Shown piece by piece: positions 14,446 through 25,084 of a stretch of DNA of 64,000 bases; positions within the stretch are counted from its first letter, which is position 1; each line of letters starts with the position of its first letter. Both the position numbers and the translations under genes were made by a program. The notes below the pieces were generated by a model. That model worked only from the letters and a program-made list of their open reading frames with translations, searched no databases and was not told where the DNA came from. This DNA comes from Camelus ferus (taxonomy: Eukaryota): assembly GCF_009834535.1 (NCBI RefSeq), contig NC_045697.1, positions 80,416,001-80,480,000 of the forward strand, written 5' to 3'.

Positions 14446-17400
14446 TTCTATTTTATTATTATTATTGTTGATTTTGGTAGTAATAAGCAAAGTTCTAAGA
14501 AGTTAAAACGAGAATGTAGTATCAGAAAAGCGGTTCACCTAACCCCCCCCCCAAAAAAAAATCAACAATGTTGTTCTGTGACTGAGTATAATTATAACAA
14601 TAGTTGATATTTAAAATCCAAACCAAAGTAGTGCTTTCTACCCTCCAAACCTACCAGTTTCCCCATCCTAAATAAGAGACAGGCTATTGCAAATGAAAGG
14701 TCTATGAATTCACCTTAGGAAGTATTGTTATATTTACTTTAATTGGGAGCATAGGAATTTTGTCACCAAAAAAATTTCCTACCACAAAAGTAACTTTATA
14801 CTGATAGCTGCAAACACACCACGTGAGTAAAATAACATTTCATTGTAATAGATATTTAAACTATTTTGAACACTTTCTCCAAATTGTTTACCTAGACTTT
14901 GGTACTTGAACCCCATCTGCATTGCGTTTTTAAAAAATTTAAATCCATAATATATAAAAGCCTTCCTTCACCTCCCTAGATAAAAGTAATCTTTCCCTCC
15001 TTTGAAAATCCACAGCACTTTATTCATGCTAGACTTAAAACACCATTTACGTCTTCCATGATGTCTATTTGTGTAGATGACCTTATTTTTCCTAACACTC
15101 TGCCCATTATAATCATTATATATTTATAAAATAGAAACATAAAATGAGGTCACCTTTGTGAATGTGCTTAGTAATGTATAAAGTAGCATGACACATGAAG
15201 TATAAAGGTATATTTTAGAGTAAAAATATTTTGCTAAGATTCCATTTAATATCTCACAGTATAGTTTACTAAATGATGCTAATATAACGTAAAAGCTTTA
15301 ACCTAGCCTTCCATGTAAACAAGCATTAACTAACTGCCAATAATTCATAAAAAACACTGTACATACTATACCCTAATAAGTGAGGAGGGTCAGATGTCAA
15401 CAAAAATATCAGCCTGCCCTAGAGACACTAGGAGTTGGCCTGCCTCAGTATCAGCCCAAGGAAAAGACTTACAATTTAATTAAAATTCGAGTTAACAAAA
15501 GAAGTTAAGTGCCTAAGAAAATCCTAGTATATGTTTAATATTAATTCATGATTATTACAATTGAAAAAATTCATAAAAACAAAATTTTTACACTGAGTTG
15601 ATTTAATATTTCAATGAAAATATAAAGTATAGATTAATATTGTATAGACGATCAAGGTTCTCAGGGTGTTCAATTCCTACTGAATGATCAGTCAGGTAGA
15701 AGTGATACTGCTTAACACCACAGTGAAGTACCTGACAAAGGTACCACATTCTTTACGAATTCTTAAATTCTTAAAGAACCACATTGTTTAAGTTTTCCTT
15801 ATTTAATGATGCTAGAATTTTGAAAGTGTTTTTATTATTTCCTGGAAATGTAGATAGATAGACAGACAGATATATATATATTTAATCTTCTACTTTTGAA
15901 TGAAATAATTTTATTCATCAAAAGAGGAAAATAAATGTCTAATACTAAAGCCTATGTAAATATAACTAAACATAACTAAAGGACACTAAAGGATAAGGAT
16001 GATATACCACTTTGGGTCTCAAAAATTGAAGAGTTGTAGAGATTCCAAATACAAAAATAAAATGATTTACTAATTTTCCTGAAAGTATTGTTTGAGCCGA
16101 GAAACTTGCAAAAGTTAATACTATTTGCCCAATTAGTTCCATATTGCCAAATCAATAATGTGTAATCAGAACAAGTTGATTCACCTATATCGTCTCAGTT
16201 CTACTTCCAATTCAAGACAAGTGACCATGAGGCTGACAAATTACAGTAATTTCTTGGCTGTCTGGACGCCAAAAAAGGAAAAAAAAAAATGTAACAAGAG
16301 TTACTGACATCCCTATTAAAACAAAGACTACTTAGGGATATAAATGCAATATTCAGATTTCATAGCTAAGACCTAACTTTGTGTTCATGGTCAAATAGTC
16401 TTATAAAGTCCTAACTCATGTTCTGGTAATACCATCAATTTAGGAGTTAACAAAACTAGCAATATCAAAGATGGCCAAAATCATTTAACTGCTATATCTG
16501 AAGTTTTACAGAATGTAAAATGAAACCCCTTCATAACTTAAGCAACAGAGGTAAAATATAATTATAATAACATATATTATTTCAAGCTTCTACTGTAATT
16601 TATTATATGTTACAAAAAAATGACTTGTGGCACATCACCGACTCTATGTAATAAGAAGTGGTTTCTAATTATCAAAAAATACACTGGGAGATGAACACCA
16701 AGAAGTCATTAGTACCATAAAAAAATCTTTTACCACAGGGAGGCTTTAAAATGCAAAATAAAACACATGTACAGCTTCTGAAGACATCTGCCATCAGAAC
16801 CAGGAGTCGACTGGATTCTCAACTGCAATCACAGCCCTTCATGGACTTTACATAATCTGACAATACCTTACAGTTATAAAAATGTCAAAGTAGACAAAAT
16901 ATCAAAACAGCAGGACAAATTAGCACTTGTTAAGTGCTAACCTAATTGATCAAAATGATATAATTTCTAATTCTCAATTTAATATGAGGAAATCCTATTA
17001 TCACTATCCACCATTTACTAAGCATTCTATTCCTAGCTGACCAAAAAAATGTTTAAAAGACAGAAATTACATGTAACCTATCAGATGCTTGAAACATTTC
17101 TACACTATTTTTTACTTTAAAAACAAGCTACATTACATGAATGTATTTATCTATCTGATCAGTATCCTGTAATGAATGCCCTTTGCATGCACGTGCTAAC
17201 GCAGAAGAAATTCTTCAACAGACTGAGTCTCCCAAATATGGTGTGTGTGACTAACAGCTGAGAGGAAATGCAACTGAAACTGTCTGCTGGAAATCCATTA
17301 AAACCTAGGCACAGAAAAACTGGGTGACAGTATAGTTGGATGTGCAAATTTATGCAGGAATATAGCCAAATTTTTGGCAATTCCCTCATGGTCTTAGATT

Positions 17401-18169
17401 TATTGACAATGGCCTTTCTTTTTCACCTGTAATGTTACATTTAAAGAATATTACTTTGAGTTGCAGGACCTGCTTAGACTTCAAAATAAGTAAGCTTAAA
17501 GCTTGGATTTACAAAGGCATGATATTTCAAATAATACAAACAAAAATCTGTACAAAAAATTACATGTTCCACAAAAACTGCCATTTGCAACCAAAAAAAA
17601 AATCATTACCTTAGGGGGGAAAAAATTCTATTTTGCATTTCATTCTACAATTCCCTTTATATATATTATTTTAAATTTTTTTCTGCAAAAGAAGTTTTTT
17701 TAGGATCATTATATTCTGAGAAGGGAGTGTTTTGAAAGAATTCATATTTTTAAGCGTGTTTTCTCAATACACTACTTTACAGATTTCTTTACACCCAGTA
17801 TTTGTTCTTAGGAATGAACTAGGTATCTAATTCCTTTACAAACATCTAATAACCACACCTGATAACTAGTCACTCTGTACAGAGCCCCTCCTATGTCCTC
17901 AATGTTGTAAAATGTTATACTGAAAAAGTGAAAGCATGGTATTTTTCCTTTAAGAGTTTGTAGCTTAATATGAGTATAGATTTAACAAACGTACACTTTC
18001 AAAGGTATAAACATTCTATAAATAGCTCTAATTTGTGTGGCAATATAAAATAAATTGAACATTTTGAAGAAGTCCTGTAATATTTTACAGGTGAGACGTA
18101 ATAGGTAAAATTGACACAGCACTTTGCAATTTAAGAAGTGATTCTCAAAATCCGCTGACTACTCAAAAC

Positions 18170-18620
18170 CACCCATGAAACCCTACGGGGATTTTTTACC
18201 CTCATTTTATTGAAGGAGCCACCTGAGATCAAGAAAAGGTAATTGACTGAACCAAATTTACACACAAAGTAGTAGAGCCAAGATTCAAATTGGGTTCTCA
18301 TAGCTAAATCAAGGCTGCCACTGGATTTATAATTCAAGTTCCATCATATAAATAATTTCACTTGAACCTTACAAAAACCCAATGAGATAACTGCAGCTAA
18401 TATTCACTGAATGCACATTACATAGCAGGCGCTGTTCTACTATACTAACCCACTCTGTTACAAAACCCTATAAAAGGAAGGATTATGTTATTAATCATTT
18501 TACAGATAAGAAAACTGAGGCTCACGGAAAATATGTAAACTGCCCAAGATCACACAGTTAATAGGTAGGGGAATCAGAATTTAAATCCAGAGCATCTAGT
18601 TCCAGCACGTTCTTCCTCAC
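18170..18620 (-). mobile_element. Two MIR SINEs (about 18170-18330 and 18390-18620)
   Basis: cattttacagataagaaaactgaggctca..tgcccaagatcacacag and a second, more degenerate reverse core. Confidence 0.7.
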
Positions 18621-20438
18621 CTCATTCTTCAAAAGCAGGTTAACATAAAGCAGGTAATCACAAGGAAAGAAAATTGCAGAGCGAGAACAAGAAGCACACA
18701 TGTTGGCTCTTCACCCTACTTTCCCTAAATGTAATTGGAACAATTAAGATCATTAAATCCAAAAGGAGCAAGGTGGCTTTGGAGTAGATTGGTCTTTAAA
18801 GCAGAGTATGAAGCAGGTGAGGAACACTAGAAGGAATTCCATCAGGCTGGAGAAGATTTATCTTCCATAAACTGAAGGCAAAAGAAAGTAAAATGTATGT
18901 GAGAAGAGAGACGCTTATTTGCCATTCTGGTGCAGGTAGTATGAATTAGGGTGAATGAAAAGGGATGATTCTAACTAAGGAAATTAGCAAAGATGAAACA
19001 GAGGACTGATTTATTTTGAGAGAAAATTTAAAGCCACTAAAAGATACAGGATAGGTGTTTTAACACCTCCAAAAGAACTGGTATCCCCACTCTTGCCAAA
19101 CGTTACCTTCCTGTGCGCTACTCTTACCTAGCACACAGGAAGAAATTATATAAGCACTGAAAGAATCTGACTACACATTTTCATCTTTCTTTTTTTTTAA
19201 TGACATTTTAGTTTTTTTTTTTTTTTTTTAAAGTTTAGCAACTCCTCTTCAGTTAAAAACATTCCTGTGGAATAGAAAGAGGGGAAGTGAGACATAATTG
19301 AGCATAATGAGCTTCTCATTAGTTTATGTCATGAATTTGTAGTGCTGGTTACTTTAACACATAGATCTTCCTCAGAATCATTTTAAAATCAGATAAAGGA
19401 AATCACAACAAAATCCCATTTAAATGAATAAACTGAAATGTCAACCTAATCTTTAAGTACATGTTAGAAGAATTTGCAACAAATAAAAAAAATCATGGCA
19501 GAGCCCAAACAGAATGATACCAGGATACTAGGAAGCAACACTTTTTAGAAGACAAATTAAAGAAGGAAAAGTAACCCTAATGGAATTTCTTCTCTCATTA
19601 CTTAAAATAAACCAGGTCACTGAAATGGGCTTACACTATGGCATTTCGTTCATTTTAATTTCAAACCATAAATTCCCATGGAAATACCTTAGACACGTGC
19701 TCACAATAATTGGAATGCCTAACCTTTAAGTGTAAGTACTTTTGCATGAGTTCAACAAAATAAAAAGAATGCAATGAGGCCCCTCCAAGTTTTTTGCTTA
19801 TGTCAACAGCTATTTTATGAGTATGAATTATCTTTGCGGTTATAAAGCATGTGTAAAATACATTACATGAGTCTGTGAGAAGCCTTACAGCAGATGATCA
19901 AGTAAAGGTCTGAACTGCACACAGAAACATCACAAACAAGCCAAACTTCCTAGAATATAGCAACCATAAAATTTTCCTCCCAAAGCCATTACTGTTAAAT
20001 ATACCTTAATGAATTAAGTTCAAGTGTAACTACAATTGAAATATAGGATTCAACTGAGCTATGACCTATTTTTCCTCTCAAAAGCAAAAGGGAATAATGA
20101 CAGTTGTGAGACTTAGATTCTTCCATTCCAGGGTTTTTCTGAAAGTTATTTCACACTACAGCTAAAGGCAAATGCACTTGGTGACACTTATTTGCTTTAA
20201 AATATAGTTATTTATGCTACTGCTCACAAGACAGATAGAATTTAGTAAATTAATAAATAGCAATTGTATTTGGTCATTTTTAAACTGTACAGGCCAAGAG
20301 GCATTCAAGAAGGAAATAATCTTAATATGTAATATGATACCTAAGTCTACAATTATAACTAAGAGAAATATTTAAATACAACAGAACAACCAACATGACA
20401 AATACAAAATTAATATAAATGTGTTTGAAAATACCCAC

Positions 20439-20533
20439 CCCTAGCAGAAAGCTTTTTGGTGTTGATAATTTTGGCAGCATATTCTTGTCCAGTAGGGATT
20501 TTCATACATCTTCTCACCACAGAGAATGCCCCC
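20439..20533 (-). CDS. CAMK2D: CaMKII delta exon 2 ([33 protein letters not shown]): end of the Gly-rich loop and the AAK catalytic lysine
   Basis: ttttcag|G GGG GCA TTC TCT GTG GTG AGA AGA TGT ATG AAA ATC CCT ACT GGA CAA GAA TAT GCT GCC AAA ATT ATC AAC ACC AAA AAG CTT TCT GCT AGG G|gtgggt. 95 nt, phase-compatible with exon 1. MKIPTGQEY distinguishes delta from the alpha, beta and gamma paralogues. Confidence 0.98.
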
Positions 20534-21794
20534 CTGAAAACCAATAATTAGCAGGTCATCAATATAATCAGCTCTGATATTCTATTACAAAATTACAACA
20601 TCTGAGTATTTTTATTGAATTTGGTGTATTGTCAAGCATCAGTGCACCACTGTAATATCCAAAAAATGAACAATTCTTCCTAGAAACTCAGACTTTCTTT
20701 AATGTTGAATAAAATTCGATTTTATTTAACTGGGAGCACCCATTATTAATCAACAAAATGAAAGGAACTGCCAATTACGACGGCTCTTGTTTGTACATGA
20801 AATCTGAAAACATTTTACAATTCACACTTAGACAGCACCAAATGCTGAGGGGGAAAAAAAACCTTCAAAGACCAGAGCTGAGGAGGAGCAGTAAAAATCT
20901 GCTGCCTATTTATTTTGGTGGGAAAAAAAATTAATGTGGCTCCAAGTAAGTAAATATGACCATTGTTTTCATTAAAATATAAACCTTAGGAACATGTGAG
21001 TGTGGTTTAACAAATCCTGCTATGGTGATTGCTCTGTGCCCTGTTTTGGGCTGGGGGAGGGGAGAGATTTGAATTAAGCTGCTCTCACGACATATTCTCC
21101 ATGTTTTAACAGCAGACAACATAAATATATAAGGATATAATTTTCATTACATTTAAAATATACTTACATTTCCTTTAATTCAACTGTATAAAACAATAAC
21201 ATATATCTAAACGCACCCCTCTCAAGTAATGTTGGAAACTAGCGATAGCCGGATTGGGTTTGGGTTTGATGCTACATAAATCAACGCTCACAGCTGGGCC
21301 CCTAGGTCCCTTTACTCAGGTCTTCACTAGGTCTCCTGCCCCTTCCTTAACATCAAGTAATTCTGCCAGCCAGGTGTAGGAGGCCGTTTTATACAATGCT
21401 AGGCCACCCCAGGGAAGCTCTCTCCCGGTCTCGAGGGCTTTTCCGCTGCCTGTATAAGTAAATCCTCCCAGAGAACGCGAAGATGCACACGTAAATCCTA
21501 GGAAGGATGATGATGAGCGCGTAACCCAGTACAAAGAATAGCAGTGGATATGGGACAGGGGGTCGAGTTCCTTCGGGTGGCCCTTTTCCTGGACAGAACA
21601 ACTACTGGATGAGAAATAGACTCTACGCCAAGTTGAACTTTCGGCATCAATAAATATGGCACCGTCTGTGGCAGTGAGTTCTCATTTGTACGTGGTTCAT
21701 ACGGCAGACAAGCCGGCGAACCAGAAGGCATCTCTATTTACAGAAAACATGATCTATGTTGCATTTTACATGGGTTCTTGTTTCCTCTCTCTCT

Positions 21795-21832
<38 letters not shown>

Positions 21833-22147
21833 CTCAGGATGACAGCTACAACTGCAGGGATCGTAAATCCACTAAGTCTCTAGTGCAAGAGGGTGGGGGA
21901 GAGGGAGAAGGTGGGCTAAGGATTATCCGAATGGGCTACAGCTGGGATGAGGGGGTCTTTCCCCTTCTTCGTCCCCTCCCCTTAGCAAGACAGCACCTTT
22001 TTCAGAGCTGACACCCCAGGGACCCTCCTTCCTCTCCTCGCGTCTCCCAAACTCCCTAGCCCCACGCGGGAGGCCGGTGGGTCGGGGTTAACGCGACCCG
22101 CCCTCTGCTGGAAAGGGGACGTGCGGGTGCCCGGCAAAGGCGCTTAC
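20534..22147 (-). other. CAMK2D: CAMK2D intron 1 (1,614 bp, GT-AG)
   Basis: Bounded by the exon 1 donor GTAAGC and the exon 2 acceptor TTTTCAG. Confidence 0.95.
21785..21830 (+). repeat. (CT)5(CA)17 compound microsatellite in CAMK2D intron 1
   Basis: Direct observation. Confidence 0.95.
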
Positions 22148-22212
22148 TTTCCGAGCTCCTCGAAAAGCTGATACTCGTCCGTGAACCTGGTGCAGGTTGC
22201 AGTCGAAGCCAT
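22148..22212 (-). CDS. CAMK2D: CaMKII delta, coding part of exon 1 ([21 protein letters not shown] + first 2 nt of the K codon)
   Basis: Reverse complement reads ccgaggATG GCT TCG ACT GCA ACC TGC ACC AGG TTC ACG GAC GAG TAT CAG CTT TTC GAG GAG CTC GGA AA|gtaagc. Strong Kozak context (A at -3, G at +4), canonical GTAAG donor, 65 nt, matches the CaMKII N-terminus. Confidence 0.98.
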
Positions 22213-22900
22213 CCTCGGTCCGGGCTGTCCCCCTGGCTGGGAGCGCGGCAGACAAGACGCGAACAGACGCGCGGCTTCCCCGGGACTAACCCCGCGGCGC
22301 TGTCACCCAGGGCCGCCGTCACTTTCCTCGTCCGAAAGTAGCTTGCCGGCGAGGGAGTGTGCGCAGGGGCGGGGCGGGAGGGGAGATGACCAGAAAGGGT
22401 GGCGTGGGGTCTCCTCCCTACGGTCCGCCGAGCCGCCGCCGCCGCCTCCTCCGGGCCTCGCTTCCTTCTTCTTTTCTGGACGCTCCACCCGCCCCCTTTC
22501 CAGCCCCTCCAATAGCAGGGGGCAAAGTACTTAAGAAGTGGGGCCGGGAAATAGAAAACAGCAGGGCAAGGGGCGAGAAGCGAGCGGTTGCGAAACGATC
22601 CGCACCGGAGCAGGAGGGGTAGGGGCGGAGGGAAGGGAGCCCGAGGGGGCGGAGGCCGCGGAGCCGGGAGCGGACAGCTCAAGCCCAGCTGCAGCTGTCA
22701 GCAGGCGCGGGGCGCGCCGGAGCGGGCCTCCCTCCCGCGGGCACCTCGGCGGCCTCGCGCTCCCCACGAGCCCGCGCGGCTTGGAGACTGCGCGGAGAAA
22801 GAAAGAGCGCTCGGCTCAGGCGAAGCCTCTTCTGCCGTCCCCAGGCCTCCGCCTCCTCCCCGGCGCCTCCTCCCGCCGCTCCCTCCGCCTGCCAGCACCC
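22213..22900 (-). other. CAMK2D: CAMK2D GC-rich 5' UTR part of exon 1; upstream boundary (TSS) approximate
   Basis: Continuous GC-rich sequence upstream of the ATG with no minus-strand ATG. The TSS cannot be placed from sequence alone. Confidence 0.6.
22366..22383 (+). promoter_or_regulatory. Tandem GC boxes / canonical G-quadruplex motif
   Basis: GGGGCGGGGCGGGAGGGG: four G-tracts with 1-nt loops, on the template strand of exon 1. Confidence 0.6.
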
Positions 22901-23686
22901 CTCCCTCGCAAAGCCCCCTCCCCGCTGGTCCTACACCTCCTTCTAGCGACTCCAACCCTGTCTCTTCGTGGATTTCTCTCTCCCACCCTCGGTCTCACAC
23001 ACGCGCACACCCGTCTAGAGAGAGACCAGGTGGGTGGAGGAGGTGGTGCGGGGAAGAAAACTGGAGAAGGTTTAGGTAAATGAGGCGAGACGTCAAAATT
23101 ACACAGTTAAGCCCGCAATTAGGCTCCTGCCTAAATGTGGGGCTGATTTAGCGGGAAGATGCGGGGTAACCCGTGGACTGCTGGGCGCTGCCGCCGGGGT
23201 CACGGAAGCCCCCAGCCCGGTTCGGGGCGCCGGACACTAGGGACAGCCCCACACGGGCGCGGCAGCCCCTGTGCCTCCGTGGAAGGGCGAGGGGCACAGC
23301 CACTCAACTCTACGCGGCTCCGTGTTGACACAGCGGGAGCCGGATATGGGCAATGGCCTGCCTCCAGAGAAGGGTCTCAGCCTCCCAGTGACTGTCGGGC
23401 CCACCCCAGAAGCAGCGCCCCGCGCAGAGTTTCTCCCTCCCTCAGAGCCTCTTAAGCGAGGGGCGACGCCCGCCGCGCCACGTTTCACTTCTGATATGAC
23501 TGCCACCTCACTCTCCGCCTCCCCCGCCGTTTTCTAGGTTGGGTTGCTCAGACTCTGGCAATTCCCAAAGGCCTTTACTTCGGCCATGAACGTTAACAGA
23601 ATAAAAGCAAAAACTACCACTCAACCACACCTTCCCTTCTGAGTAACTCCCCTGTAACCTCAGTAAGTTCTGATAGTAAGGCGGTT

Positions 23687-23899
23687 TCTCGCGAGATTTC
23701 CTGCTCTGGTGGAGGGGGCGGGGCAGTGGGAAGGTTGAGTGTCGGTCACGCGACCTGGTAGAGGCTGACGTCATTTGCATCACATGAATAGGTCTAGTCC
23801 GTTACGCTTTGTAAAAGGAAAAAGAGAGGTCGTGTGTTATTTGCCTGCATGCTCTAAGATCTGGTCGGATAGTGGCACCTGAGTGTACTCCATAAATGG
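23687..23899. promoter_or_regulatory. Motif cluster: TCTCGCGAGA, GC box, E-box variant, full CRE, octamer, CArG box
   Basis: TCTCGCGAGA 23687-23696; GGGGCGGGG 23715-23723; GGTCACGCGACC 23744-23755; TGACGTCA 23766-23773; ATTTGCAT 23773-23780; CACATG 23781-23786; CCATAAATGG 23890-23899. Confidence 0.7.
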
Positions 23900-25084
23900 C
23901 TATCTGAAAAAGCACTTAACAGTTAAAGAAAGCGTCCTACTTATTAGCGTATCTGCCATTGTTTACAGTGAATACGAGAAAAAAGTTATGCATTACATTT
24001 AAAATACTTGAATTGCTGATTGCTAAAACAATACCTGGGCCTTCCTTCTAGTCCTGTGTCTTTATAATAAACTATGCAATTGCAAAATTTAGAGGCAGGC
24101 CCTAAACGAAAGCGTTGTGAATGCTCTTTGCCAAATTACTGCCTTTTGTTTTACAGCACAGGGACTCTAAAAACCTGGCAATTCTATTGCTAATTTGTTC
24201 ACCGTTGGCATTACATCAGAGACTCAAAATTTCAGAGCAGGAAGATGAAAGATAACTAGGAGATACAGAGAATCTGAGATTTAAAGGAGTTATTGTTAGC
24301 TCCCAAGGGCTGGTATTAGTGAATTTGTCCGCGGTCGCCGTAATCCTAATTGCCTCATTTCCTGGTCTGGGGAAGGCTATTCTGCCAATAAGTGGGCTTT
24401 TACCAGAATTCTCAAAATATTCACGATTTTTGACACTTATTATAACAAAATTGGACTTTGTAGATATTTTACTTCCTAACCATAAAAAGCAAATATTGTG
24501 TAAAGTGTAGTGGTACAAGAAAACAGGATACCAAAAACTATGTAAAGAAACAAGCGAAGTATTAATAATCGGGCTAGAAAGTTAAAAAAATTTTTTTGAT
24601 CTAGGCTAAAGATTTTTAATATATATCTTAAATATTTAACAATATGGTTCCAAGTTTTAATACAATGATTTAATATTCTCTGAATCTAAAAAGGAAACAG
24701 AAGTAAAATTAAAACAATAAATAAAGGTAATATGAAATTTTACAACTCTGGGGAAGAAAATTGTCTTAAATATTCAAGTAATGAGACCTTCATAATTACT
24801 GTATTTATCTCAGTTATTTAAACTACCTATAATTGTAAATGGTTATGATAATTGTGTGATAGAATAAAGGAAATGTAACTGAGTTTTAATGCTGATGTAA
24901 AAGACTATCAATGTGTACTTTTAAGCAATCATTGCTTAATCTGTATTTGTACTGTTCCTTGATCTGTATCTTGGACTAATTATTTCTCTTATTTAACAAA
25001 TATAGACAGATATTTTCTGAAGCTTGGACCTCCTGAAGACATTCATCCTTCTAAAGTTATGCTGAAATTCCATTCGGTTTCTCA

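Larger units (their letters stand above)
1..20438 (-). other. CAMK2D: CAMK2D intron 2 (partial; continues beyond the window start)
   Basis: Begins at donor GTGGGT. I did not find the next coding exon (expected DHQKLEREARIC...) in 1-20438. Confidence 0.85.
22020..23830. promoter_or_regulatory. CpG island / promoter of CAMK2D
   Basis: Abrupt rise in GC and CpG density (many CGCG, GCGG and GC boxes) spanning exon 1 and ~1.6 kb upstream of the ATG, against an AT-rich, CpG-depleted background. Confidence 0.93.

Noticed and set aside
21389..21731. Intron 1 minus-strand ORFs, including a hydrophobic stretch (LLFFVLGYALIIIL) and a 77-aa ATG ORF
   Set aside because: No recognisable homology or supporting splice structure; the hydrophobic ORF starts at TTG; lengths are within chance expectation.
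22213..22302. In-frame CTG codons (22266-22264 and 22251-22249) as an N-terminal extension of CaMKII-delta
   Set aside because: Both have a pyrimidine at -3 and no G at +4, an in-frame stop lies at 22305-22303, and the ATG context is strong.
22056..23783. Many long overlapping ORFs in the CpG island (208, 181, 163 and 117 aa among others)
   Set aside because: Pro/Arg/Gly/Ala-rich, mostly non-ATG starts, present in several frames on both strands; expected from stop-codon scarcity in GC-rich DNA. The real coding part is the 65-nt exon.
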